This document shows, in pieces, positions 1 through 21,961 of a stretch of 64,000 nucleotides of DNA. The translations under genes and the position numbers were made by a program. Source of the DNA: Macrostomum lignano (Eukaryota); the NCBI GenBank assembly GCA_002269645.1, contig NIVC01000952.1, positions 400,967 to 464,966 of the forward strand. Reading direction: 5' to 3'. Position 1 is the stretch's first letter. Every line of letters starts with the position of its first letter. Below the pieces are notes generated by a model. It made no database searches and was not told where the DNA came from. It worked only from the letters and a program-made list of their open reading frames with translations.

Positions 1-158
1 TTTTAGTATATGGAATGAAGCAAAGCTAGAAACAAACTAAAACGTTATTCTCAGTTAACGATAAAATGCTAATCTTAAATAGCCTTTAGGCTTTAGGCTT
101 ACTTTTACGATGCCAGTATGTCCTGTATGCATGCAGTTTCTAGAGCATCTCTACTTAC

Positions 159-1400
159 CTCATTGAGTTTGTAACGACTATCGATACTCGGTCCTTTATC
201 CAAATGAGATTTCCAGGTGTTGCCAGATCCTGTCTGACATTCCAGAAACAACAAATGTCAGTAACGAGCTGGGGTTCGGTGGTGAGACTAACCACTACCA
301 ATGACTGCAAGCAAGTTACTGTTTTTGAATCCTTCACAGTTTCCGTTTTCAGTTTTTCGTTTTCGAGTTTCTTTGAGGCATGCGCGTTCTGGAAGATGTA
401 TCATAACGGTTTGTGGTCACTTCCAACAGTCACTTTGTGCCCTCGGCTCCAACAGCTACAGAGGAGGCACCAACTACAGAGGTCCCCACGACTGCTGTGA
501 GAAGCGGGTTCCAACGAGCGCTTACCATGACTAGATGACTAAGCTTTTCGGCAATCTTCTTTTGGACGATTTTCAGACGGGAAAACTGTCCGCGTTAAAA
601 ATTCGTGATCCTAATTTCCTCGCATCCTAACAAATTGATTGATGCCAGTTACATTTATCTACATGTGCAAAATGGAAACGTACATGTCTATGTAATGGAG
701 GGTATCAAATCTACTGTACTGATGAATGATAACTGGAATGATGCCTACATCAATGGCGGCGAAAACGAGTGTCAGTGTCAGTGTCAGCCGCGTTTTGAGC
801 GCACGTAACTTCTAACTATTCTCAAGTAGAAGGCAGCCAATGAAAAGAGCGCACTCAACGACATTCTGTGCTCAACGATGCGTACGTGTACATGTGCTTG
901 TGTACTTTTGTACGCTTGGCGACCTTCGCTGGCTAGACTGGCTGAAAATTTACCTATAATATTTTTTATGATACTTTAAATCTTGAAACCGAGAACGAAT
1001 AAAAGCGTACGAGGACTTAAGCCTTACTGCCAATTTTAATGGGGGCAAGGTGTTCTTGTTCTACAGTAAGTAGCATTCACTCCAATTTATATTTCACGTA
1101 GTTGTTGTCATCTTTAGATAGATTTTAATTACCATCGCTGTGGCTCTCTTCTACTTGGAGACCGTACTCACTGACCATCACAGTCTCCGGCAGAACAGCA
1201 CCCCTCTTCCTCGGCTCTCTCTCTCTCTGTCTCTCTCTTCCTCACGCATTCGGGGAAGAGAGGAAATTTTGGGCGCTGAGCAGGGATGAGATACGAGAAT
1301 CGGATCCGGCCCCTGTTGGCGGTGCGCGCTGTCCCCTGTAAAATGAGCCAGAGACACAGACAGGTTTCCTGCGCACACCCACCTCTACCCAACATACACT
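159..1400 (-). other. Possible 5' part of a spliced minus-strand gene running off the left edge; product unknown
   Basis: Consensus donors on the minus strand: AG|GTAAGT (exon end 159), ATG|GTAAG (526) and CA|GTGAGT (1172). Short open segments precede them (e.g. SGNTWKSHLDKGPSIDSRYKLNE). No consistent full model could be built. Confidence 0.25.
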
Positions 1401-1708
1401 GACTATAGCGTACGCGAAGATAAGAACAAAAAAGAACTGGCTAGCTTTACATTCACTAATGTCAGGAAACTAACACGCGCGCGCACTAGCACAGCCCTAT
1501 TTCTAGCTATATGTTATATCAAAGCCTGCCATTGCCAATTTAACACGGTAATAGCAGCACACACTTCGCACGCTCCTGCAAGAAGCACAACTTCGTCAAG
1601 AAAAAAAGGCGTTCATCTCAAACTTTTATACAAACCAGAAACCGGATCGAACTCAGTTGGAGTTACGCAAGCAATATTGTTTGAAAGCGCAATTGATGCT
1701 GCGTCCGA

Positions 1709-3115
1709 ATGCAGCACCTCCTGTGCAACTGGATTTTTCAGACATCTAACCGCAGATGCGTGGCCGCGCTCGCTGTGCTGCTCAGTCTAAGCCTCTTTTA
1801 CATCGGAATCGAACCCTGGATACGAACTCAAACTGTATTATTTGATACAGAGGTAGTCGATGCGCCAAGCAGAAACACTGAGGTCTCAGACGAGCCAGCT
1901 CGCATGACTTCACAGAGCGCGCAGACTCCGAAGACAGGCCACAAGACGGACTCGCAGACTCCGAAGACAGGCCACAAGACGGACTCGCAGACTCCGAAGA
2001 CAGGCCACAAGACGGACTCGCAGACTCCGAAGACAGGCCACAAGACGGACTCGCAGACTCCGAAGCCGTTGCAGAAGTCCAGCGCAATGGAGGAATCAAA
2101 AGAAAAACAAAAAGGCTTCAGCTCCTTGCCTGTTGACTCGAGAGCTCTAAAGAAAAACTTCCCGAAGCTGAAAGAGGCTGCTAAGAAGCACAGCGGCAGG
2201 TACCACAGCCGACTGGACCAGATGATGGCCACCTACCTGCCAGCTGTCGACACCAGCGCATGGTCTCCGCACAGTCCCAGCGGCAAGAAGCTCACCATTG
2301 AGGAGGTCCATTCCGTGGCGAAGTCGACCATTCAGCCTGGATTCCAGGTGCCAAACATTGCTCACTTTGTCATGCCGTTCGGCGAAACCAACCTGCAGTT
2401 CCACCAGATGGTCAGCCTTCTCAGCTGTCTGCACATAATGAAGCCTCACCGTCTGCTGCTGTGGTACGCTCCTGGCAAGCTGCCAAGCGGACATTGGTGG
2501 GACAGAGTCAGGAAGAATCTGACCGAGTCGGAGTGGGAAGAGAAGATCATATTCGTGCAGAGACCGATTCCCACATCCGTGTACTCGGTTCCAGTTCACG
2601 GAAAAGAGCACCAGTCAGATGTGATGAGGCTTGAAGCTGTGCTCGTATTCGGAGGACTGTACATGGACATCGATGTCCTGGTTCTGAAACCGCTGGAGCC
2701 TCTTCGGAAATTCGTTTGCACCATTGGCAGGGAGGTTCCATACGGTCTGTGCAACGGCGTCTTCTTGTCCGCTCCTAGCGGGACGTTTCTGGCGATGTGG
2801 CACACGGCGTACCAGGTGTTCAACGATGAGGCTTGGGGCGAGCACTCAGTGAAGCTTCCGCACTCGATGCAAGCCGCCTTCCCGGACCTGTGCCACGTGG
2901 AAGAGGAAAGCATGGACCGGCCGAACTGGACTCCGAAGGAGAGGACCTGGATCTACAATATCGGACAGCAGAGCAGGTGGGATTGGAGGACTAAGAACTA
3001 CGTCATGCACCTGTGGTTTCGCCTGTACAATAAGCAGCACAGCATGGACAGCATACGAACGCTGGACTCAATGTACGGTGAGATGTGCCGTCGCATCTTG
3101 TACGGGAGCGGTTAG
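1709..3115 (+). CDS. Glycosyltransferase family 32 (DXD sugar-binding; alpha-1,4-GlcNAc/Gb3-synthase-like), type II Golgi membrane protein, single exon, 468 aa
   Basis: N-terminal anchor (CVAALAVLLSLSLFYIGI), low-complexity stem, VPNIAHFV, SDVMRLEAVLVFGGLYMDIDV (DXD), LCNGVFLS and YVMHLW motifs typical of GT32. Confidence 0.9.
   Translation: MQHLLCNWIFQTSNRRCVAALAVLLSLSLFYIGIEPWIRTQTVLFDTEVVDAPSRNTEVSDEPARMTSQSAQTPKTGHKTDSQTPKTGHKTDSQTPKTGHKTDSQTPKTGHKTDSQTPKPLQKSSAMEESKEKQKGFSSLPVDSRALKKNFPKLKEAAKKHSGRYHSRLDQMMATYLPAVDTSAWSPHSPSGKKLTIEEVHSVAKSTIQPGFQVPNIAHFVMPFGETNLQFHQMVSLLSCLHIMKPHRLLLWYAPGKLPSGHWWDRVRKNLTESEWEEKIIFVQRPIPTSVYSVPVHGKEHQSDVMRLEAVLVFGGLYMDIDVLVLKPLEPLRKFVCTIGREVPYGLCNGVFLSAPSGTFLAMWHTAYQVFNDEAWGEHSVKLPHSMQAAFPDLCHVEEESMDRPNWTPKERTWIYNIGQQSRWDWRTKNYVMHLWFRLYNKQHSMDSIRTLDSMYGEMCRRILYGSG
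1921..2065 (+). repeat. 33-bp coding tandem repeat (SQTPKTGHKTD) x4 plus partial, in the glycosyltransferase stem
   Basis: gcagactccgaagacaggccacaagacggactc repeated perfectly and in frame. Confidence 0.95.
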
Positions 3116-4229
3116 CCCTAATTAACTTGAACTTAACTTTAGTTTGTCATTATAGCACAATATGAAAGTCCAAGAGCTTTCAGAGTGTTCGCTAGCTTTT
3201 TCTTCTGTAATGTTCTTTACCTGACCTTACCTGACTAGCCTCATTATTTGTATTCCGATTCCTGACTTACATTGCCTTTACCAGCACTTTCACAAATCTG
3301 AAGCATCAGCAAAAATACTGTGCGAGACACAGCGAAGAATCACAAAAAAATCCACGGTAAGGTTATCAATTACTTTAGTTTCAAAAAGCGAGCATTGCAA
3401 ATTCAGTAAGAAACGGCTGTGCTACGAGTAATATCCTCCATGGCTGTAAATATTCTTTAATTTTAACATTTATTTTGACATTAACGCCGTTTAGCAGAGC
3501 TTACTCACTCAAAAATATACAAGCCAAAAATCAATGACATCCATTCTGGAATAAAAACTGACTTTTCTGACTTTTTTTGGTCGCGACTCTGCTTCTATTG
3601 CCTGTCTCCATGTCGAGTGTTATCTTATCCAGCAATGGCACGAACACCTCCTTCTCCTCCTTGCGTAGCATGAATTAATTCAATGAGCTTGCCTGAAGAG
3701 TTGCATTTGCATTTGCCTTAGGTACCAAGAGAGCGAATTTTGGATAGTGAATCGCATTTGTTTCATTTGAAATTCTCGCCAAAGGTTACATCGATAAACA
3801 ACCTCTCAGCATGATTAAGAATGCCTTCGAGCATCGTAAACTGTTTTAGTTTAACTTAAAAACGTACTTTAAAGAACCTTAAACTCGGATCTCTGATTGA
3901 TTTTTTAAAGGTTTTGTTTAACAATTGTTTAGAAGTCTCCCCGCCTCGGTCCGTCGTGACGTCTTTGGATGGCTGAATGGTGTCTGTGAAACCTGTTTTG
4001 TTTCCTGCGTGTGCGGGTATTTGATATGCATCAGGCCACACGGAAACCCTTGCTACCATATATTTATAGCATTACTGAGAAGTCAATTTAGCAATGAAAA
4101 TTCACACACAAAATAATAGAGGAGTCACTGAAGCTGTAGCTCTTTATTTTTATGCAAAGCACAAATGTTTTTTATTAAAGCTGATTTTCAGGAAATTACA
4201 GAGTGCGGTCTATTTTCTTTGTGATTTGG

Positions 4230-4502
4230 AGAGGGAGAGCAGCGGTGGGAGGCAGGAAGAGGGAGGCAGGGCAGCGGTGGGAGGCGGGGAGAGGGAGGCA
4301 GGGCAGCGGTGGGAGGCGGGGAGAGGGAGGCAGGGCAGCGGTGGGAGGCGGGGAGAGGGAGGCAGGGCAGCGGTGGGAGGCGGGAAGAGGGAGGCAGGGC
4401 AGCGGTGGGAGGCGGGGAGAGGGAGGCAGGGCAGCGGTGGGAGGCGGGGAGAGGGAGGCAGGGCAGCGGTGGGAGGCGGGGAGAGGGAGGCAGGGCAGCG
4501 GA
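4230..4502. repeat. 32-bp purine-rich minisatellite, ~8 copies, intergenic
   Basis: gagagggaggcagggcagcggtgggaggcggg units. Confidence 0.9.
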
Positions 4503-4799
4503 AAAGGATATACATATACAACACAAACGCATAAATAAGAGTACAAAAAAGGGTAGTACAGGATAAAAGATGCACTAGCAACTATTTGTGCTGTCAAGCT
4601 AGACGCAAAACGCCAGCAAGATCCTTTGAGAAGCCAAAGTACCAGCAATACTAAACCGCATCAGCTGTGTGCGCTAATTGTCTAAGTGCTTCAGAGCGTT
4701 TGCACACATTTCAGTTCTGATATCGTCGGTTTGAGAATTCATATTTTATAACTTCTCTCTTTGCTTATGAGTCTCACCGTCGGAGAGACGACTTGACAA

Positions 4800-5405
4800 T
4801 AGAAACGCAGGTAATCGGGGCAGATTGACAAGAGAAACGCAGGTGATCGGGGCAAATAGAAACGCAGGTGATCGGGGCAGATTGACAAGAGAAACGCAGG
4901 TGATCGGGGCAAATAGAAACGCAGGTGATCGGGGCAAATAGAAACGCAGGTAATCGGGGCAGATTGACAAGAGAAACGCAGGTAATCGGGGCAAATAGAA
5001 ACGCAGGTGATCGGGGCAGATTGACAAGAGAAACGCAGGTGATCGGGGCAAATAGAAACGCAGGTGATCGGGGCAGATTGACAAGAGAAACGCAGGTGAT
5101 CGGGGCAAATAGAAACGCAGGTGATCGGGGCAGATTGACAAGAGAAACGCAGGTGATCGGGGCAAATAGAAACGCAGGTGATCGGGGCAAATAGAAACGC
5201 AGGTGATCGGGGCAGATTGACAAGAGAAACGCAGGTGATCGGGGCAAATAGAAACGCAGGTGATCGGGGCAGATTGACAAGAGAAACGCAGGTGATCGGG
5301 GCAAATAGAAACGCAGGTGATCGGGGCAAATAGAAACGCAGGTGATCGGGGCAAATTGAAACGCAGGTGATCGGGGCAAATAGAAACGCAGGTGATCGGG
5401 GCAGA
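4800..5405. repeat. Composite 25/32-bp minisatellite just 3' of the GPCR stop codon
   Basis: gaaacgcaggtgatcggggc followed by either aaata (25-mer) or agattgacaaga (32-mer), often alternating. Confidence 0.9.
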
Positions 5406-5510
5406 TTTGACAAAAACAAGAGAAGAAAAATTGAGTATAGAGATGGAGAAGACAGGATGAGACAGACAGCGAGCATTGCGATTCTCCGCACTGCCGCACA
5501 CCTTGCAGAG

Positions 5511-15117
<9,607 letters not shown>

Positions 15118-15576
15118 CGCTGCTGGTGTTGCAGGTGACGGCGGGCGGGCTGGGAGCGGCCGCCGTTCCGATTAAATAGCCCGGCTCGAGCTCTCTCTGG
15201 TCCGAACCGGTCCTCTTCTCAAACGGCCCTTTGATTTGTCCAACTGACTGCTTTGTCACCGGGGTGTCGGGTTGGTCAATCAGCGCCTGTGTTTCAGCTG
15301 CTGAAATCCCTTTGTAGTCGACAAAAGTCAAAGGTCTCAAAAAAGAGTTCTTGTCAGCAGCCGGTTGCAAGAGGAAAATAACTGAAAAAACTTTCGCACC
15401 TTCAAATTTCAGCACCGGAAGGGCTCAAAGTCAAAGTCAAAAACAAAGAAGTTGTGCCTCTTTCTTAAGAGCTGTCTTGCATCGCGTCCTTTTCAATTTC
15501 TGTTTTGCAAAACCAGCTGGGACTCGTTTTAATTATCTGAGCGAGCTCTCCAGTTTTACTTGCTCAAATTATCTCA

Positions 15577-15715
15577 GATGAGAATTGGCTCAATGGGGAA
15601 CTTCTTGGATGAGAATTGACTCAATGGGGAATTTCTTGGATGAGAATTGGCTCAATGGGGAATTGCTCAGAGGGGAATTGACTCAATATGAAATTGTTCA
15701 GATGAGAATTGGCAC
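15577..15715. repeat. Degenerate 31-bp repeat upstream of the GPCR
   Basis: gatgagaattg(g/a)ctcaatggggaa starting at 15577, 15608 and 15639, then decaying. Confidence 0.7.
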
Positions 15716-16194
15716 AGTTAGCTGCAAATTGAATCGCATGAATCCAGTTGGAACAATTGCAGTTAGACCAATATACACCGGTCCTGTTCTATCGAAAGAA
15801 AATTCGATAAGTTTAACGGCTTGCAAGCAGGACCTAGCTACCCCTAGCATGCTGGAGACAGTTGAAGGTTTAAGAGGCATTCTCAGTCGGGAAGCCGTAG
15901 TCTATGCTCCAATAAACAAATTTTTAAACAAAGAACTTTAACAAAGACACGATTTAATTAAATAGAAATATTAATTTGCTAAGACTTCGAGCTAGCATTA
16001 ATGAAAGCGAATACTACACTTAGTAGTATTTTCATATGCAAATTTATTTCAATTATAACGAAGAAATAAGCTATTATAAAAAATTACTGCTATAGCCAGC
16101 ATTGTAGGGCCATTCAGTCATGGAGTGCATCGAATTCGAACTGATTCCAGTAACAGACGGAACGAACTCCCTTAGAGAGCGAGCGTCCGACGGA

Positions 16195-16528
16195 TCACAG
16201 ACCGGCCTTGTACATCAGGATGGCGTAGGGGCCGTACTGGTAGTAGCCGAAGGTGCCCTTCTCGTGCGTCACGTGACTGCGGGATGATCATGGGGGAGGG
16301 GTGTCAGGACTCACCGAGCACAGCGGGAACAGCCAGACTCAGCCGGACTCACCTAGCAAAGTTGCGGCCGACCGTCACCTGCCAGGTGGGGCTGAGCTGG
16401 GCGTCCAGCTTCTTCTTCAAGTTGCTGGCGATGCTGTCGTCGTCCTTGGACTCGGAGCAGATCTCGTTGACGATTTCCACCACGGCCTGGCGGAGCTCGT
16501 CGCTCATGTCGCCCTTCTGCCAAGACAT
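16195..16528 (-). CDS. Dynein light chain type 1 (LC8/DYNLL family), 2 exons (16353-16528, 16195-16276), 85 aa
   Basis: Spliced product MSWQKGDMSDELRQAVVEIVNEICSESKDDDSIASNLKKKLDAQLSPTWQVTVGRNFASHVTHEKGTFGYYQYGPYAILMYKAGL carries the PTW..VGRNF.S.VTHE motif. Intron has GTGAGT/CAG ends. Confidence 0.92.
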
Positions 16529-16620
16529 TCTGCAGGCTGTTGGAGTTGGCTGAGCTGGAGATGGCTGGTTGGGTGCTGCGGTGGCTGCGGCCAGGGGGCG
16601 CGGAGGCCGCAGGGCAGTCC

Positions 16621-16729
16621 ATTTATAGCCAGCGGCTGCCCCAGAGTTTCCAGTCTCTGCGCTCCATCTTTGGGTGCGGAGCGGGCCGGTCAGCTTTAGC
16701 TGCAGCCAAGCCCGCCTGGAGCAGCCAAT
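16621..16729 (-). promoter_or_regulatory. Likely core promoter of the dynein light chain gene
   Basis: TATAAAT on the minus strand at 16627-16621, ~93 nt before the ATG, and an AGCCAATC box around 16725-16729. Confidence 0.55.
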
Positions 16730-17464
16730 CAGAGCGGGCGGCTGCAGCTCGGAGATGAAGCTAAGAACCCTGCCCGCGGGTGGCGGTCGCTCTATTGTCA
16801 GAGTTGTGCGAGCTGGTGGGCAAACAGACCGCTATAGCCACGCTAGCCTGACTCACTCGACTCATTCCTAGGACAATTTACATGCAGAGCAGCCCCATTG
16901 TCAATGAGAGCGCAGTGTGCACGGCCTCGCGAGGGGCTTGAAGAGGCGCAGCAGTGAATGTTGCACAAATAAACTTCTTTTGATGGTTGTTTGCAGTCTC
17001 GGGAAGGCAGGGGCAGGCGCTAGGGAAGGTACGCAGAGTTCGGAATAAGCAACTGGAATTCAAACACAGCGCATGCGCAGGGGCAGAGCAAAGTTAGTTA
17101 CGGACAAAGGTAAGATTTGTCAGGAATTGATAATTGAGAAAGGAACGAAAATATGCGGTCTGGCCTGAAATCAAACACGCACGCAAGCTCAGTTCTTGCA
17201 TGCAAATAAATGCTAAACTCTGCCCAGCTTTGCATGACTCCAGAGGCGCCGTGACGGAAAAGTAGAAAATTTTGCTTTAAAAATAATGACACAAGCTCGC
17301 GACAGCTCAACGGGCTTCCCATCGGAGCGTCAGTCAGCTTTGACGCGATTCGAAAGCAATGTGCTCACAGATGTGCTCACAGAATAGACTGTGCTGGATA
17401 GGACTGGGAGATGCTTGCCGAGGCGCGTGCTCTCATAGATGGATTCTCATGGAGCGGTTGCTTC

Positions 17465-18846
17465 TCATAGATTCTTGTGTAATAATGGGTTCTCATAGAT
17501 AGATTCTTATGTGTAGTAATGGGTTCTCATAGATAGATTCTTATGTGTAGTAATGGGTTCTCATAGATAGATTCTTATGTGTAGTAATGTGTTCTCATAG
17601 ATTCTTATGTGTAGTAATGGGTTCTCATAGATAGATTCTTATGTGTAGTAATGGGTTCTCATAGATTATCATGTGTAGTAATGGGTTCTCATAGATAGAT
17701 TCTTATGTGTAGTAATGGGTTCTCATAGATAGATTCTTATGTGTAGTAATGGGTTCTCATAGATAGATTCTTATGTGTAGTAATGGGTTCTCATAGATAG
17801 ATTCTTATGTGTAGTAATGGGTTCTCATAGATTATCATGTGTAGTAATGGGTTCTCATAGATAGATTCTCATGTGTAGTAATGGGTTCTCATAGATAGAT
17901 TATTATGTGTAGTAATGGGTTCTCATAGATAGATTCTTATGTGTAGTAATGGGTTCTCATAGATTATCATGTGTAGTAATGGGTTCTCATAGATAGATTC
18001 TCATGTGTAGTAATGGGTTCTCATAGATAGATTCTTATGTGTAGTAATGGGTTCTCATAGATAGATTCTTATGTGTAGTAATGGGTTCTCATAGATTATC
18101 ATGTGTAGTAATGGGTTCTCATAGATAGATTCTCATGTGTAGTAATGGGTTCTCATAGATAGATTCTCATGTGTACTAATGGGTTCTCATAGATAGATTC
18201 TTATGTGTAGTAATGGGTTCTCATAGATTATCATGTGTAGTAATGGGTTCTCATAGATAGATTCTCATGTGTAGTAATGGGTTCTCATAGATAGATTCTT
18301 ATGTGTAGTAATGGGTTCTCATAGATTATCATGTGTAGTAATGGGTTCTCATAGATTATCATGTGTAGTAATGGGTTCTCATAGATTATTATGTGTAGTA
18401 ATGGGTTCTCATAGATTATCATGTGTAGTAATGGGTTCTCATAGATTATCATGTGTAGTAATGGGTTCTCATAGATTATTATGTGTAGTAATGGGTTCTC
18501 ATAGATTATCATGTGTAGTAATGGGTTCTCATAGATTATCATGTGTAGTAATGGGTTCTCATAGATAGATTCTTATGTGTAGTAATGGGTTCTCATAGAT
18601 TCTTATGTGTAGTAATGGGTTCTCATAGATTCTTATGTGTAGTAATGGGTTCTCATAGATTCTTATGTGTAGTAATGGGTTCTCATAGATAGATTCTTAT
18701 GTGTAGTAATGGGTTCTCATAGATTCTTATGTGTAGTAATGGGTTCTCATAGATTCTTATGTGTAGTAATGGGTTCTCATAGATTCTTATGTGTAGTAAT
18801 GGGTTCTCATAGATAGATTCTCATGTGCAGTAATGGGTTCTCATAG
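17465..18846. repeat. 30/34-bp AT-rich minisatellite, intergenic
   Basis: atgtgtagtaatgggttctcatagat(agat)t(c/a)t(t/c) units. Confidence 0.95.
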
Positions 18847-19129
18847 GACATTCCTTTGAAACTAAGAAAGTTTTAAATAGTATTGGCGAGTTTTCTTTAT
18901 CTTTTTAATGATTTCAGAAATCGACCTTATGCTACTACTTGAAGCAGCAGTAAGCGGAAAATGAGCAAAGCACAAAAGCTACAAAGACATTTTCTTCCAA
19001 CAGTGAATTCACACTGGAATTCACTCGGCCCAATCTCAGAGACCTGCTTTTGCCAAATTTATTCTCAATCAGCATGCAGTCAACTCAGAGAGTCAAACAG
19101 AGAGCTGAGAGTCAGCTCAGTCAGACATG

Positions 19130-19702
19130 TCAATCATCGCTGGCTAGCACTGTGGATTTCTCGCTAACATAGACGCCGTCCAGGAATTTTCGGATGTCCT
19201 TGTTCTTCACACAGCAGCACTGCTGGATCAGAGCGGCCGAGTGGCTGACCGCCTCGATGTCGTTGCCATCGAGCTGGATCTCGTCCTTCACGCCAGTCTG
19301 GGAGACGGTCACCCCGCGCAGCATGTTCACCGTCCGGTTGTTCTTCTCGCCGAGGAAGTTGCGAATCTCGATGGAGTCGCCGGCCTTGCTGATGACCATG
19401 TTGATGGGGAAGTGGGCGTACACGGACTTCATCTTGTAGCGGAAGCCGTACGTGACGCCCTTGATCATGTTGCGCACGTGGGTGATGACGGTGCGCACCG
19501 CGGCCAGCTCCTTGTGCACGCCGAACCACTTCTCCACCGTGAGGGTGCGGCCGTTGGGGGACACCTTGATGTCCAGGGACAGGTGACGGAACGAGCGCGA
19601 CAGGGCGCCGCGCTTGCCTTTGACGCGGAGGACGCGGGAGCGGCTCTCCACGGTGACTCCCTCGGGGATCTTCATGCTGAGCGAGGACTTGATCACCTTC
19701 AT
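19130..19702 (-). CDS. RPL9: 60S ribosomal protein L9 (uL6), intronless, 190 aa
   Basis: [44 protein letters not shown] and [17 protein letters not shown] motifs. Confidence 0.97.
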   Translation of the reverse strand: MKVIKSSLSMKIPEGVTVESRSRVLRVKGKRGALSRSFRHLSLDIKVSPNGRTLTVEKWFGVHKELAAVRTVITHVRNMIKGVTYGFRYKMKSVYAHFPINMVISKAGDSIEIRNFLGEKNNRTVNMLRGVTVSQTGVKDEIQLDGNDIEAVSHSAALIQQCCCVKNKDIRKFLDGVYVSEKSTVLASDD

Positions 19703-19889
19703 GGCGCGGAGGGTTGCCGGGCAAGCTGCAATTGTTGTCGGGGGTTCGGCAGCTGCTTGGCGAGTTGAATCCGAGAAACCGGAACCAATTTCCTAGAGAT
19801 AAGCATCTAATTGTTTAGAAAAATAATTGCTTCTACTTTGGAGTAAAATGAATTCTTATTTTCATTTTTGAATTTTCATTTTTCATTTG

Positions 19890-20515
19890 TGCAGTGTACA
19901 TTGGGGGATAGGTGGGGTTGGGCAGTGTACATTATGGGATGGGTGGGGTTGGGCAGTGTACATTATGGGATGGGTGGGGTTGGGCAGTGTACATTGGGGG
20001 ATGCGTGGGGTCTGCAGTGTACATTGTGGATGAGTGGGGTTGGGCAGTGTACATTGGGGGATGGGTGGGGTTGGGCAGTGTACATTGGAGATGGGTTGGG
20101 CTTGGCAGTGTACATTGGGGGATGGGTGGGGTTGGGCAGTGTACATTGGGGGATGGGTGGGGTTGGGCAGTGTACATTGTGGATGGGTGGGGTTGGGCAG
20201 TGTACATTATGGGATGGGTGGGGTTGGGCAGTGTACATTGGGGGATGGGTGGGGTTGGGCAGTGTACATTGGGGGATGCGTGGGGTGGGGCAGTGTACAT
20301 TGTGGATGAGTGGGGTTGGGCAGTGTACATTGGGGGATGGGTGGGGTTGGGCAGTGTACATTGGGGATGGGTGGGGTTGGGCAGTGTACATTGGGGGATG
20401 GGTGGGGTTGGGCAGTGTACATTATGGGATGGGTGGGGTTGGGAAGTGTACATTGGGGGATGGGTGGGGTTGGGCAGTGTACATTGTGGATGGGTGGGGT
20501 TGGCACATTGTACAT
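19890..20515. repeat. ~31-bp G-rich minisatellite, locus 1
   Basis: ggggttgggcagtgtacattgggggatgggt units. Confidence 0.95.
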
Positions 20516-21421
20516 TGTACATATATCAGAGCACGAATTCGATAAGAAATTGACCTCCGTTTCCTAGAAAAGGTCACCTGATAAATTGGTTAAAAGCAGA
20601 GAGCGATCGCTTAGTCAATGCTCATTAGATTTCTTAGAAACAGACTAATATTCAATAAATACACATAGAATTTTATATAAAAGGACCTAATTTTCCTAGA
20701 AATGTGCATAAGACCTGTTAGAAACAGACAACCAGTTCCAAGATCTCATTAAGAGTTGCATTTAAATCTCGTGAACTATTCATTATGAGAAAACGAGCCC
20801 TAGTTTCAAAATAAAATACCTGCGACGTAATCGATGTGCAACCGAAAAAAAAACACAAACAAACGCAGCATCAGGATGGAGCTGCGCAGTTACAATCTGC
20901 ATTTATTTGAGCATAACACGCAAAAATCATTATCTAATAAACTTGAAATCCAAGCTGCAGACTGAATTGGCCGCGTGATCGGCGCCCAATGCACTCATGC
21001 GCTGAATAAATTCTGCATTAAATATACACTGCGCCAAGGACCACCGGCACTGCGCACTGGACTGAAACGCCATCCAGACAAGAACAGTTTTAGAAGTCCC
21101 TGACTGCCCTGTGATAAATATTATTAATATACTCCAGCATATACAGTAAGATAAACATAATAAATATAAAATGAACAATTTAGCTATTCATAATCTCCAC
21201 TAACCGCATGATAAGCTCGCTCCCTATACAAAGTCGCACACACAGAAGCGACGAGCACGCAGTGTTGAGCATTGCAGTTGCTAATTATAATATTATAATG
21301 AAGTTAAGGTCTCCTCTTACCACTGGGGAGCTCATAAAGTAGCAGAACCATATTTATATAAAGCTTTCCCTACAAAAATTATACCAGCACTTTCAGTATG
21401 CCGATAGAAAAGGCTCAGGCA

Positions 21422-21822
21422 GAGTGTACATTGTGGGATGGGTGGGGTTGGGCAGTGTACATTAGAGATGGGTTGGGCTTGGCAGTGATCATTGTGGGTG
21501 GGTGGGGTTGGGCAGTGTACATTGGAGATGGGTTGGGCTTGGCAGTGTTCATTGTGGGTGGGTGGGGTTGGGCAGTGTACATTGGAGATGGGTTGGGCTT
21601 GGCAGTGTACATTGTGGGATGGGTGGGGTTGGGCAGTATACGTTGTGGATGGGTGGGGTTGGGCAGTGCACATTGTGGATGGGTGGGGTTGGGCAGTGAA
21701 TATTGTAGGTGGGTTGGGTTTGGCAGTGTACATTGGAGATGGGTTGGGCTTGGCAGTGTACATTGGAGATGGGTTGGACTGGGCAGTGTACATTGGAGAT
21801 GGGTTGGACTGGGCAGTGTACA
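21422..21822. repeat. ~31-bp G-rich minisatellite, locus 2 (same family and orientation as 19.9-20.5 kb)
   Basis: gggttgggcagtgtacattg(g/t)(a/g)gatgggt units. Confidence 0.9.
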
Positions 21823-21961
21823 TAGATAGCGCATTCACTACAGGTAGGTATCTAGTTTGTTACACAAAACTGAGTTGCACTTCAAGGATAGAAATCTCGC
21901 TTTCAGAAAAATAAAGCAAAATCTGCTCTTCGGCCATTAGGAACTGTACACGGGAATCCCA

